From Chrysomallon squamiferum (lineage: Eukaryota > Animalia > Mollusca), in contig CM022665.1 in the NCBI GenBank assembly GCA_012295275.1, positions 12,090,001-12,154,000 of the forward strand: a DNA stretch of 64,000 nucleotides, written 5' to 3'. The notes beneath the pieces are model-generated. The model saw nothing but the letters and a program-made list of their open reading frames with translations. It was not told where the DNA came from and made no database searches. Both the position numbers and the translations under genes were made by a program. The first letter of the stretch is position 1; each line of letters begins with the position of its first letter. Shown here one piece after another: positions 14,697 to 29,085 of the stretch.

Positions 14697-15111
14697 TAGT
14701 ACGCTAAGTAGACGATAATGATGAACCTACCCTTTAACACATAGTTTATTCCTAAATGTGTTTGGGCAAGTCAGTCTTTGGCAGAATTAGTGATGTATGT
14801 ACATACACTGCAGTTATTCCTGTAAAATTGTTAAAGAGATGATAAAAACAGTGTTATATGTCACACCAGTATTTTAGTGATTACGTCTGTAAAGCAAGCT
14901 AACCCTAGGCTAAATTCAGTCGATGGTATTTGTCTGTTCCTGCTAGCTGTAACACGATAAACAGATAATAACACTGAATATAGTATTACACACCGTTAGT
15001 TCTTGTTTAGGCAGTATCCAAATATATCAGTGTAACATTTGTCTTTCAGACTTAGCAATATCAGAATTTCTGCTTGCTCGTTTCATTAAGAAAGAAAGCA
15101 AGATTGAGAGG

Positions 15112-15114
<3 letters not shown>

Positions 15115-15191
<77 letters not shown>
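15115..15191. repeat. (GA)n microsatellite
   Basis: Direct reading. Confidence 0.98.
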
Positions 15192-15193
<2 letters not shown>

Positions 15194-15659
15194 ATAATCA
15201 ATATTTATATAATATTTCTCATTCATAAGCCCTACTCTAGTTTTTCATATATTTCGTTTTCTATTGTCTTCAACTATGATGAAAACAATTTTAACTCGTA
15301 TTCAGTTTATTTCCAAATCCTTAATGTAAATATTAATGTCACAATGAATTAAATGGTCCGCTGAATAGATATTACTTTGAAACTTTGACGTAAAATGACG
15401 CCGTTCAAAAAAAGAAGAAAAAAAAACTATTTCACTATCATACTTTGTTGCAATAAACTAACAACTCTGAATTATAAATGCTTATTTTTTTTTTTTTTCT
15501 TTTCTTTTTTTTAGACCATCTGTTCGTATCGGTAATAAATGGTATATTTTACTGGTATATCACCTAAAATTTTAGTTACAACATCAGACTAAAGAATAAT
15601 ATAATCAGAAGAAAAAAAAAAAAATAATAAAAAAAAAAATAATAATAATATTAGAATGA

Positions 15660-15696
15660 AATAAAATAATAAATAAAATAAAATAAAATAAAAATA

Positions 15697-15753
<57 letters not shown>
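15660..15753. repeat. (AAT)n / (AAAAT)n microsatellite
   Basis: Direct reading. Confidence 0.95.
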
Positions 15754-16812
15754 CATACTGTACCAAACGATATTGGTTTTACTGGCTCTAGCAGCATTCT
15801 CTTCCAGTATTCTGGAAACTGCAGGTGACTTAAATAGTTGGCAGAGTCAGAACTCGATTATACGTATACTTGTTACATTAAAGAGAAAGGCAAAAAAAAC
15901 AACCAAACACGACAGAACATTACATTCTTTGTAGATTTTTGTCGACTGCCGTTGAAAGACCCATTCCAGAAAGAATGTGAAGGTTTTGTTCGCCTTGTTT
16001 TACTGAGTATGTATTGTGAGATAAAAATAACACAAAAGGTAATTGTAGAGATTCTCTTTGCTGTAGATTTAGTTTTGCAATTTATGTAGGTATGTATTTT
16101 GTGTATACACAGTCGTTTTGGTATCAGATAAAATATACATAAATAATGATTTGTGTTTGTTAGAAGTAATCTTTAAAATCTTTCTTGTTAGAAAATAATT
16201 AGATCATATAATTGTTTTTCGCGCTTATTCGATGATAAATATATTACAAAAACTAATGTGAATGTTTAAAGACCAGGCAAACTCTCTCACACATACACTT
16301 ACATGCATATATAACATGTATATACGCACTCCTATATATATATATATATAATACACACATATATAATTATATACACATAAAGAAAGACAAACATATATAT
16401 TTATATACATACATAAATTTACATACGTGTACATACACACATACTGATATATAATATATGTCGTTACTGATTTTGTTCTTAACAAAAATCTTGAATATTG
16501 AAAATCACAAATTATTCTGGGTAATTTGTCATTATGTCTTTTAATCTGCAACAGCAGCTATGTACGTGCGTCCATGTTGGTGTAGTGTTTCCAGATTAGA
16601 CTTTTTTTTTTTTTTTTTTTTTTTTGAATAGTGAAATTAATACGTCTAATGTTTCCTTTATTTTACGTCATTTACATGGTGCGTAGTGGTAACCTGGATA
16701 ATGTCTCTTTAGTAATTAATCATCTACATAATTCATCATCACAGATTTGAAAACAAATGAGACTGAAAATAGATGGAAATTAAACAACAGATCAGATTAT
16801 ATAAATATTAGT

Positions 16813-17008
<196 letters not shown>

Positions 17009-17104
17009 CGTAGTTAATTACAAAAACAACAAATAAAAGAAAACGAAGAAAAACACAAACAAAAAACACACACACACCACACACACATGTATATTTTGCC
17101 AAAC

Positions 17105-17207
17105 ATGAATGTACCGTTAGCTTTCTGTTTATGTCCAATTAACTTTAAAAGAAGCCACGTCTGGCAACAGTTAATCCAAGTACAAAATAAGCCAAGACTA
17201 CAAAGTT
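17105..17207 (+). repeat. ~100-bp dispersed direct repeat, copy 2
   Basis: Homologous to 14592-14696, same orientation. Confidence 0.85.
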
Positions 17208-19677
17208 CAGTCCAGCGAGGTTTTTGTTCTTTAGAAAAAAGCCGATGCAAGTTTCGTTTTAATTACGTTATTTACTACAGTGGAATTTCACTTTAACAAA
17301 ATGGTGTTTGCAACGTGTCTACCATTTTTTAAAGTGTCAGTTAACTGTATCTAACATTAAAAAAAAAAAATTGAAAAAAAAGAAAAAAGAAGAAAAACAG
17401 AACACAGAATTTGTTAAGTTATTTCATTCTCGATTTTCGGATTTTGTTATAATATAATTTAACATGCAAGATTCCAGAAAGTTAAATAAGTTACTAATGA
17501 AGCCCAAAGAATCAGTATATTTAATTTGCTTTCACATACCAAAAAAAAAAAAAAAAAAACCTCCAAAAAAGCACCACAAAATCGCCAGAGCATTATTACA
17601 TTTTCTAGTCAATTTTGTATTTAAAAAAATATCCGACGGCTGTAACCGAAAGCATTGTACAGCATAATTATTCATAATTACTTAATAAATTCCCTTATCA
17701 ACAGGAAGACCGCATTTTAGTTTCTTCTGAGCTCCCAGAAGTTTTGTAAAAACCTCAACCAGATCTAGATAAATGAGCTGACAACTTAACTTGGACACCG
17801 AAGTAAAATAAAGAATGGAGAAAACTCGTAAATCTGTCCACTGAGGGTTCGTTCATCTGAAGTCAAATCTACAGGGAATGTTGCCCATAATCTGAAAAGA
17901 TTGTCCACTTTAAAGTTATATGGAAGTTTAAAAAATACGTTCAAATCGTAGATGAAACCTATCATGTAAGATTCAGGGACGGGTCCAGTATTTAAGAAAA
18001 TGTGGGTGAAGTGGGGTGCCATTGTTGGGATAACTGTTATGATGAAATGAGTTACGACGTTTAATATTTAAAAAAAATAAACTGTTGTTATTATTATTCC
18101 TCTATAACTGAAGCTTGGAAATATCTGGTTGTTTATTATTGTTCTTCTTCTTCTTATTATTATTATTGTTGTTGTTGTTGTTTTTGTTCTTGTTGGAACT
18201 GTTTTTGTTGTGGTTGTTGTTATTGTAATATTATTGTTGTTGATATTATAGCTGTTATTGTTATTATTATTGTTGTTGTTTTTATTGCTGCAGCTGTTGT
18301 TATTATCTCGGTGGTTCTTATTGCTGTTATTGTTTTTATTGTTGACGTTGTTCTGGCTGTTGTTGTTGTTTTGCTGTTGTTTTGCTAACCAAAATTAATG
18401 ATTTATTCGCATACTGTTAAATTCGAATTTTAATTTTCTGCACTTGCAACAACAACGACTCATTCTACTTCAGCTACCACTCTACGTGTTCTCACTGTCT
18501 CTGCACTGACTTCCAGTGTTTATAATGGTAAACACTGGCAGTGTATGGAGATATCGGATTTTCAACATTTCGTCATGCTTTTAATTACTTTGTAAAATGT
18601 TATAAAATATCAAGATAAAAAGCTGATTGTTATGACACGAAACCCATGAATGCACGTCTTTCTCGGGCGGAAAATTTATCGAATTTTACTATTTACATTT
18701 ATCTCTTTACAAATAAATCACTGTTTTGACATTGTCAGTGCAGATGGATTCATTTTGAGAACATTTTGACATTTTTGGTGCAAATAACTATTCAGATTCA
18801 TTACATGATATGTCATTTTTTTTTTTTTGACATTTTTTTTTTGTGTTTTTTTTTGATACTGCCTATAAATATGTTTGTATATGTTAATATATAAATTCAC
18901 AAACTGGGTTCTGCACAAACTGTGATTGTTTCAGTGCTCAATTTCAGACAAATAAACCATTGAGAGTTTCGAGATTTATGATAAAAAAAAAAATTTAAAA
19001 ATCGAAATTCCACTCACACTTTATTTTCTTACAATTTTTCCGAGAACACATCTGTCAAATTTGATAAAAATTTACGTAAACTGAAGACATAAAACCCCAC
19101 AAAAAACCCCAACAACAACACAGCAACAACAACAAAACCTATGCCATCTCATCCCCAAAACGACAGAAAACAATGAATCTGGAAATGTTTTAGGACTTCG
19201 GGTTCTGCAATTTTTTCGCCCAGTCTGCAGGAGTTCACTGAGTACAAAAGGTTTGAGAAGTTCTGTGTTAGAACACTACATCTTTCTTCAGACGGATGCG
19301 GATAGTTTGCTGAATGAGGTAACAAAGTCAAACTGACTAGAACAGAATCGTCTAACAGATCGCAAGACGCGGATGTCTGACATTTCCCACTTGTCTGTAA
19401 GTGTTCGCTAATAACGGGCTGGTTTTTCGAGTAACTTTCTCACAACTTCATTCATGAAGCTCAACTGTTCGGTGAACTTTATGTGAAAGACAAAGAGAAG
19501 GGGAAACTATCTGTAGTGAGATGTTTGAATTAATACACCTGTACGAACGAATGGAAATACTGAATAATGTTAGGAGCAAGTAATTGTGAGATATTAATCA
19601 TTTTAATTAATGTTTTTTTTTTTTTTTTTTTTTTTTTTTTGTTTTTTTTTAAGAAAATAAATAAATAAAAATGTGCA

Positions 19678-19680
<3 letters not shown>

Positions 19681-19762
<82 letters not shown>
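19681..19762. repeat. (TC)n-(AC)n microsatellite
   Basis: Direct reading. Confidence 0.97.
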
Positions 19763-19763
<1 letters not shown>

Positions 19764-22547
19764 TTCACACAAAAAAAAGCGCCACAAATTGAATATTACT
19801 AATTTCCGTGTACCCCTTACTCTCCAAAAATCGCACGTCATTATCAGCATTTCTAAAAATGACTATATGTATATAAACTAAGATCAACAACAATAAAAAA
19901 AAAGAAAAAAAGCTAAAATATTATTTATTAATTCTCACTAATTTACAGTGTCACGTATATCCTAAAAACTCACTCGCAGGAAAATAATATTCTGTAATAA
20001 ACCATAAGAATAATTTCATTAAAGACGTTCTAGGGTCGATAAAAATAGAAATTGCATTAACACTGGTTGCGACCTTGACACGGGAGAAACAGGGGAAATA
20101 ACTCATTACTCGTTCTTTTCTTTTTAATGCAGACGTCTTTAATGAGCTGACGACAGTTTATTGATTTGCTCACACTGTTAGTATCGACTGATGGTCAGTT
20201 AATTGTGGCTAATATCATCACATCACGTTGGAATGAGTAGGGAGGGGAAACAAGTCATCATTATTCGAAGTAGTAATTTTGGATTGGCCAACTTTGTTAC
20301 AAATTAATAATTTCAAAGTTAAATACGATAAAGGTGAAACCAACGTAAATTTCTGGCTTTCAGTTTGTTATAACTGTATATCATTGGTTTTTAGTAAGTT
20401 TTATTGATGCATGTTGTGTTTTCTTTTACACTCCTAAAATAACCAAAAATAACAGACACGCAGAAACCCCCCCACACACACACACATACATACATACATA
20501 ACACACACATTTTTTTTTTTTTTTTTAAATCCCCTAGTATATTTGAATCCCATTATGACTAATCCATGAAAAAAATAATTAAAAAATCGTAAATAGCTCT
20601 GGCTTAATGATTAGAACCCTATCTGGAGTAGTGACCTCTCACAAAATCAAAACTCAGTGGTATTCTCTTTGAACGAGTTCCCATTATGACAACTTCTCCT
20701 AAAGTGACGTCTAGAAAATTATGATATATACTTTCATAACTCTAGCACAAATCATATAAAATATCTCTTTATGCATCAAACGATCATTTCTCAGTCAGAT
20801 ATACCTGTATTCTAACATCAGAAAACAACGACAAACACGCAAAACTGAGACAGATGAGTATCACATAATTTATTTCTCAAAAAAACATAATTTTGTGTTT
20901 TCTGTTTTTGGCAAAGATCATGTGAAAAAAAAAAAAAAAAAATAAAAATAAAAAGAGAAGATATTTTGCACAAATGCTGCTAGGCACAGAGATAGTGAAA
21001 AACAACCTAAATTAAACTTTAAATATTTCCTTACACCGTGAAACTCTAATATTTTTGAACAGAGACGTATAGAGCAAAATTTTTAGGACAATCTTCATTG
21101 TAGTTACAATATAAAAGATATCTTGAAACTATTACACCCAACTTAACTAACACTTAAGCTGCATATTATCACAGTAAATACACAGACACTATTAATTATA
21201 ACACACGATGGCCTCCTCCTCAACTAGGCAACATAGAAAGCGTCAGAACATTTTATCAATTTGGAACGTAATCAGCGCAGCGAATAAAGAAATAATCCAT
21301 TAATTTGGCATCTCCGCAGGCTTCATTCCAAAGAATCATGTCGGTTTTGCATGCCAGCCAAAAATTATAGCAAAATTGGACTGGGTTATATGTTGAAAAA
21401 GCTAATATCATTGACGACATAAAAAAAATGAAAGTACATTGATGCTTTCATGCACAGATATTTCATATTTCAGCCAAAACAAATGCACGGCAGTATTGTC
21501 GCCGTGGAAAAAATTGGTATTCTGTGCAGGTGCAGATTACAATTCTCAGATTAAGATCATATTTCAGAATATTATTAAAGTTTCTTCATGTAAGACTTAA
21601 GTTAAAATGTACAAGTAACCTAAAATATATATATTTTTTTTATTAAATTGTATTGTTCTAATTATTATTACACATGAACCTTTGTTAATAATAAAGTATG
21701 AAAGTAATAGTTCTTGAAACAAGCATGAAGACTTACATTATCCATTCTTTCGTGACATCGTTTCGTATAATTATATAAAATGCAAAATTCCTGAAAATGA
21801 TGAAAAGTTTTTAAAATGTTTAATTTTTTAATTTTTAATTTTAATTAATTTTTTTTTTAATTTTTTTTATTACCATAAATTCATTTTGGATTTAAAACGA
21901 TGATCTAAAATCAATAGTATTTCTTTTGTGCTCTTTCTTTCCTTTCCTATTATTATTATTATTATTATTTTTTTTTTTTCAAAAGCAAATTTATTTTTCC
22001 ATGAAAGAGAAGTCCGTTAGAACGTTTTTATCGAATATTTTCCAATTACGCTTTGATTTCCGTCCTCTGTTCATCGCAGAAAGCGCCATTATTTCTTTCG
22101 CAGACTTTTCATTTTTAATATGCATGTAAGATTATGTTATAATTGTCTACATAGAATCTTCTTATTATTCCTCGTAGCAACAACGAGAACGACAAAGAGT
22201 TCACGTTTCTTTCTTTACTGTTTGTTTGAAGATGTCGCTACACGTCATCATCCGGTGTATGCAAAAACGAAGGTTACTATTTGCAAACGCCATGGTTACA
22301 CTGTGTTTGTTTATTAACTTTGTATGTGTTAGTAACCGTAATTGTTAATTAACAACCACTTGAGAAGGATCCATTTAGATTATTATTCCAAAATATTTAT
22401 ATCTAAAAAGATATCGTAAGTGTATGAACACAAACAAAAATACATGGCATAATGCAGTGAAATTATGGACCTTTAAGTGCTTTTTTGAATTAAATGAAAT
22501 AATTATAAGAATAAAGCATTGGTATATATGCATTCTAAATATACATG

Positions 22548-22581
<34 letters not shown>

Positions 22582-22717
22582 AGCGCGCGCAAACTTCAGT
22601 ACGTCACGGTCACATACAGATTTTGTGTGTACGTACGTGTGTGTGTATGTGTGTGTGTGTGAGGGAGATAGAAAATGCTTACGTAAATATGTATCTAGGG
22701 GCAGACAATAATAATAA

Positions 22718-22748
<31 letters not shown>

Positions 22749-25093
22749 AAGAAGAAGACGACGAAGAAGAACCAGAACAGTAACAACAACAACAATAATA
22801 AAATGAAGACGAAAAAATACTGGAAAATGTAAACTCCTTCTGTCTTCGTTTCATACTTATTACCCGGACAAATTTTCACAACGTATTAATAGTACTGCAT
22901 AACTAGTTTTTAAAATCTTCACTTAGAATCTACGATGCATTTATTCTACTTTAAAATTATGATAGAAATAAAACAGAAAGTAGAAAGTAGTAAAATAATA
23001 ACAACAATATCGACAATGATGGTAGTGATACGTGCATTTTAAAGAGGACAGTTATTGCCCTGTCTGTTTGTTGTTTTTGTTGGGTTTTTTTTTTTTGGCT
23101 GATGACAATGAAATTATTTTCATCTTGGAAGCTTTTACCATTAGTTTTATCCCCATCTTTCTGAAATCGTGGATTCGCCACTGGATGAAAAAACATTAGC
23201 GGTAGCAAAATAATGGTGGCAAGAAATAAGGTAGATCATTAGCACTAATCAATAAATAGATGGCGTTACTGATTTTATGAAGCCCAAACGACCAGAAGTT
23301 CATATGCCACTCTGTGATTAATTAGATGTACAAACACACCATGTCAATTAACAGCCCCAGAATACCAAACACTGAGCTGGGAGTAGCGGGTTTTTTTTGT
23401 TCTTGTTCTCCAAGAATTCACAGACTAGAAAAAAACATTATCAGAGTTTCAAGGTCATGTTACTCTGAAATTGCCATTTGTTTTGATTTCATTGTTGTAG
23501 AAAAAAAATATATAATATAATATAATATAACTAACTAAATAAATAAATAAAAATAATAATAAAAAAAAATTATTAAAAAAAATAATTTAAAAACAAATTC
23601 GATTTTCGAAAATATTAAATATATTCATGTTGTTTTTTGTTATTTAAGTTATTATTATTGTTGTTGTTGTTGTTGTTGTTGTTGGAATTGAACCAGTATA
23701 ATATAATTTCTTGCAGACAACAAGGTCATATTGTTTTGAGCAAATTTCGTCGGGAAACAAATTTAAGTTCTATAAGCGACTGTATACCAAATTTAACGGT
23801 TCAACAAAAATTTTATTTAATCAGATATAACGGTTCAACAAAATTTTATTTAATCAGATATATAGTAATAAAAATCCACCAAAACTAGGTTTTGTTACAG
23901 CAAACTTCTGTATAAATAAAAATCGAATATTTTAAGTCATATTTTCAGATATAGTAATAAAAATCCACAAAAAAAAACAAAAAAAAAAATGGTAATTATA
24001 CTTTATTTCTGTAATAACGTTTCTGAGATTCGAATACTGCAACGTCTGATTTTGGGGGAAGGTTTCAGAAACTGAAAGATGTCTGTGAGAAACTTTACTA
24101 GTAAAAATGGGTAACTGGAGAATCATATTTCTGTAGGCAACTGCAAGTTCTTAAACAGATTAATACTTTCTCGCGTTTTGCTTGCGCCGACAAACCTGTG
24201 CTGTTTTTTCGCTTTAGGACACAAGAATTGCACTGAAGAAAGGAGATATGTTTTGGTAGATAAGTGTTGTTTATGTTCTCTAACTGACCAGCTTCTGACC
24301 GCAATTATCCCAACACCAGCAGTATGCGTGTTGTTCTAATAATGTTCCCGCACAGAGCTCTTTCAGAAATCCTTAACACGTTACTGATACGTAGTATGAT
24401 GAAAACAGCTTTTTGTTTTGTAACGGTAAGTCTAAACAAAAACAGAGCCGCACAGAATGGACGTAAAGTGATAGATAAATATGTTTTACAGCGTCAGTTT
24501 TACAAATGTGTTTTATAAAAGCAGAAGAAAACCATCTTAGCTTTGGCATGCGTCGGTGGTTGAAAAACTTTTCGAATAGCAACAGATAATAGGTATATAA
24601 ATCAACATCATCGTCACCGTCATCATCATCATTATCACCATTTTTATCACGATCAAGACAGTCGCATCATCAGCAAATACTGTCGTTATTCTTAAAACCA
24701 TGTCATTACAATCATCATCATCATCATCATCACCACCTTCATCATCGTTAATATCATTATAATTGCTTACATCAACTGAAAAGAAAAGCACATTTAATGC
24801 ACTACATCAACGACAACAACACGCCTCATCAAATATATCAACAGACAACATCATCCTCAGCACTAAAATAAATAATATTCTAACGCAAAAACTCAGCGCC
24901 TTTTATATGAAGGGTTATTAGATACGCAACAAATTAATCATTTGTATAAGGATGACATCCAGCGTTATTTTTCACTTATTGAAGTATAGTGTTTATGTAA
25001 CGGTTTCTTTTGTGTTCCTGAATCGGTTGTATTGCGCTCTTGTTTACACTAAAACAAATACGCAGCACTCGAGTGATTTCAGCCGATGCTAAG

Positions 25094-25173
25094 TATAAAA
25101 GACAGTTAATGAAAGGTCTCAGTCTGCGACGGACACGCCCGCTGACCTGTCAGAAAGCGTGCCCGTCGCAGAC
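25094..25173 (+). other. TATA box plus Inr-like TCAGT followed by a 52-nt GC-rich inverted repeat
   Basis: TATAAAA 25094-25100; TCAGT 25119-25123; stems GTCTGCGACGG/CCGTCGCAGAC, CACGC/GCGTG and CTGAC/GTCAG across 25122-25173. Confidence 0.5.
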
Positions 25174-25417
25174 GTGCTTCACAACAGCTTGCTCTGATTA
25201 GCACGTTAATTTTTTTCCATTCCATTCCATTCCAGGTCTCTGTCTTTCACCCGACAGCGTTTAACCAGTTCAGTATTCTTGATGTGGTCTAACGTAACCT
25301 TTTGTCGCATTTGTTTAATTTTTGTTACCGTTTTGATTCAGAGACTTGTGGTTAGAGAAAGAATAGTAAATGTTGATCTGGATTCCATAAACGTATGTTT
25401 GTGTACGTGTGTGTGTG

Positions 25418-25419
<2 letters not shown>

Positions 25420-25512
<93 letters not shown>
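25420..25512. repeat. (GA)n microsatellite
   Basis: Direct reading. Confidence 0.98.
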
Positions 25513-25516
<4 letters not shown>

Positions 25517-26494
25517 CCGTGGCTATTTCACTGTAATATTTATCACATAGTAACTCTCTAGCATGATTTTTCAAACAGTATTTTTGGGGTGTGTTTTTTT
25601 TCATTAAGTATAGAGTACACGTATTTACTAAATAATCATCATATTCTAGAGGTGTTCTCAATTGCTTTTCAAATTTTAGTAATTTATTTGACCAAAGTAA
25701 AATCTGGTTATTGTGAAAGATGATTTACTTACATTCATACTTTAACAACAGTAAGGTTATCTGTCTTACCATTCAAACGTTTGTTTATACATTTAACCTG
25801 GTGAATGAGTTTATGAATGCTTAAAAAACGCAGCACTCTTTTAACTGCCCATAGCTCGCGAAACCAGAGCGATTTGGCACATGTATTTCTTTTTCTTTGA
25901 GAAATATTTACGAGATATTTAAGAATCGGGACGTGCTAGTTTCAAAATCTCAGTCTAAGTTATTGTCCAACTCTCTGTCTGTCCGTTTTTGTCGTTTTTT
26001 TTTTTTTTTTTGTTTTAATTTTTTGGTCCAGCTTTTAAAAGATAACTTTTAAAAGATAACTTTTAAAATCTTTCTTCCAACAGTAATTTTCAGCTGAACA
26101 AATATTTCAGAAGAAATGCACAACCAATCAAAAATAAATAAACAGCATTTTAAAGCCATTAATCTTCGCAACACCCCCAAAAAACCCACCAAACAACTTT
26201 TGGTTGAAAATGGCAAACTTGTTTTTCTTTTTTTTTTGCAGATCTCTTATGCCGTACACACTGATACTGGACATGTTTATGACTTACATGTCATTTGTCA
26301 GGGCATTTGTGTAAAAAAAAATTAATTATTTTAACGAATCCTAGAGATATATTCACGGCAACGAACGCTTCGCCAATGATTTAAAGTCAATATAAAGCAA
26401 TGTACCTAAGCGAAAGACCGGTCGACCTTTGAAGCAAATGTAGTGAAAGTTTTAGATTAAGAAAGAAAAGTTAGCGCAGTTTCCATTATTCTTA

Positions 26495-26560
26495 GAATCC
26501 AGGATTCGAACCAAATACCTACAGTATTAGTATCAATAGCTTAATCGTTTCTATCTGAGT
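26495..26560 (-). mobile_element. Degenerate tRNA-derived SINE-head fragment
   Basis: Perfect B box GGTTCGAATCC on minus (plus ggattcgaacc, 26502-26512) with a decayed A-box-like segment upstream. Confidence 0.35.
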
Positions 26561-26634
26561 TTCCGCGTGTTCTCGTTATATTTTAATGTTAGCGGTTCGT
26601 TATGAATGCAGTTTTGGATTAAAAAAAAAAAAAA

Positions 26635-26666
<32 letters not shown>

Positions 26667-27415
26667 TAAAAAAAAAAATAATAAAAAAAAAAATAATAAT
26701 AATAAATAAATATAAATAAATAAATAAATAAATAAATATTAAAAATAAAAAACCCATAAGAAATAAATAAAACTACTGCTGTCACTGAACAAAACAAATA
26801 CTTATATCAACAAGAACAAAAACAGCAACAACAGCAGTAGTAACAGTAGCAATCGAGTTGAGCTGAACGTATTTACAAGTGCTGACAAACTTTCATTTGA
26901 CCTAGATTAGGTTTTTAATTTTTATTTCCTTTTTTTCAAGCGTGAAATGACAAGTTTTGTTGTGTACGTGAAAAGAATAAAAAAAAAGGACATTGCTCTA
27001 ACACTGACTTATATTCCGCCGATCCCATGTGACGTCATGACAGTAACTCACAGAGATTTGTAATTATGTGAAAACACACGATAGAACATCTGTAACTGCT
27101 TATTATGCAGTCATATGTTTTACTTACTGTTAATGAATAAGACGAGACGTTTTAAATGGTGTGTGAATACGGGCATCAATACGGGCGTCGCGTTATTACC
27201 AGATAAGATTTTAATTTAGATAATGCTGATTATTTTTGCCTGCATACTACGTCAGTCATGACGTCAACGACGTGGGTTTAGTCTCAAAGTTTAACAGGGC
27301 GACGTCTTCGTGGGATTATTATTTTATGAAATAACGAAGGAGTATGGGCTGGGACGGACATACAAGTTGGAAACAAAATTAACAAACAAAACGTCTTCAT
27401 ACTTAATGTGTCTAA

Positions 27416-27553
27416 TTATATGTAAAAATATGCATTACTGAGTCAATGCATGTAAACGTATGCATTAGTGTGGTGCATATGGAAGCACGTAAATCAGTTT
27501 ATTCCCATATATCATTACATATATTCACGTAGAACAGTTTCTGTTACTGTTTT
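27416..27553 (+). repeat. 138-bp direct repeat, copy 1
   Basis: Matches 28948-29085 with 3 substitutions and no indels by eye; offset 1532 bp. Confidence 0.95.
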
Positions 27554-27749
27554 TAATGATTACAACATGTGAATAATACACACTAATTTCAGACACTGAG
27601 GCTCTAAGACAATAAATTAAATTTTCCATTATAATTTTTCAGATTGGGTTAATTATACTGCTTTTTGAAATTCTACAATAAACCTGTACATCTCCTCTAA
27701 CTTATTTTTATTTGTGTGTTTACTATTATTATTTTTTTATTGTCTATTT

Positions 27750-27788
<39 letters not shown>

Positions 27789-28947
27789 TTATTATTATTA
27801 TTATTTCTGTATTGATTGTAAATATAAATGAGTCTTTTTTTTTTCTTTTTTTTTTCAATCTTGGTTAAATAGTAGATTTTCGTCGCTCATTTTCAACTCT
27901 CAAAGGCATTTGAAATGTTCGCTTGTGTCAGTTTTATAGTGACATTCCATCCTTCTCTTCTTAATCTAGTAAATCCATAAAACTGAAATCTAAAATAAAA
28001 CTGTTTATGTGTTTTACTTTATTTCAGTTTGGGTTAAATACACTATTAGGATTAACGATTTACTGTACTTTATACATTTGAACTCAGAAATAAAACTGCA
28101 CAGTTCAGTTATTTTTATTTCAGATTTGGGTTAAATATATTAAAACACTGCAAGCGTTCAGCAGAATCGTCATTTATGGTGTTATTCCGAGCATCTATTC
28201 TCTGAACCGCTATCCGCGGATAAAAATCTATTCTTAACATGCTAACAGACAAATTTTAAACTTTGAAATAAAACTACTTTTCCGTTATTTTATTTCAGTT
28301 TTGTTTTAAAGATGATACACTCTGCAAACCGTGAAAAAGCAATGAGCCAGACTATCATCAATGGTGTCATTCGGCCCTTTATTCTAAAAAAAAAAGCTTT
28401 ATTAACAAAACAAAAAAAAGTATTCCACACATTTGTTACCAAGTTTGTTTAAAGACAAATCAGGGACGGATACTTACATACGCAGCGTGGAGAAAACCAC
28501 AGTACAGCCTCAACTAATAATAAATGTATCTAATTATCTAAAATTATTGTCGCCATTAATGTGAACTGCTGGTGCATAACGTCTCGTTTAAGGCAACTAC
28601 TGAAATAAAACCAACGATAATGATGTTATCACGAAACATAAAGCGGACACAAACAACAAAATAAAAGTAAATTTCGCTCCCAGCAGGAAACACAGCACTC
28701 ATTAGTTCGTTAATTTTCTGTCATGCTTTATGACGCCATTACTCAATAATTATTTACTCCGTTTGAAACGCAACAGCTTTTCGCCATTGCATGTTCACTC
28801 GGTGGTTGCCGTCGTTCACATTTAAATACAAGACGTCTATAATTAGCCTGTTATAAGCTATGTTGTGTAATCTTTACTGTGATGCGGTGCGTTAATGTTT
28901 GCTCGTATTAAATTATTTAAGTTAGCGTACCTTTTGTTTGATTATGT

Positions 28948-29085
28948 TTATATGCAAAAATATGCATTACTGAGTCAATGCATGTAAACGTATTCATTAG
29001 TGTGGTGCATATGGAACCACGTAAATCAGTTTATTCCCATATATCATTACATATATTCACGTAGAACAGTTTCTGTTACTGTTTT
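28948..29085 (+). repeat. 138-bp direct repeat, copy 2
   Basis: Matches 27416-27553. Confidence 0.95.

Noticed and set aside
18529-18550. miR-34 or miR-8/200 family identity for the hairpin arm
   Set aside because: TGGCAGTGT is on the wrong arm and position, the rest does not match, and TAAACACTG is not the miR-8/200 seed register.
23795-23862. ~33-bp tandem duplication (similar ones at 26032-26068 and 50389-50453)
   Set aside because: Ordinary slippage duplications with no sign of function.
27416-29085. LTR retrotransposon or TRIM interpretation of the 138-bp direct repeats
   Set aside because: No TG...CA termini, target-site duplication, PBS or PPT could be seen.
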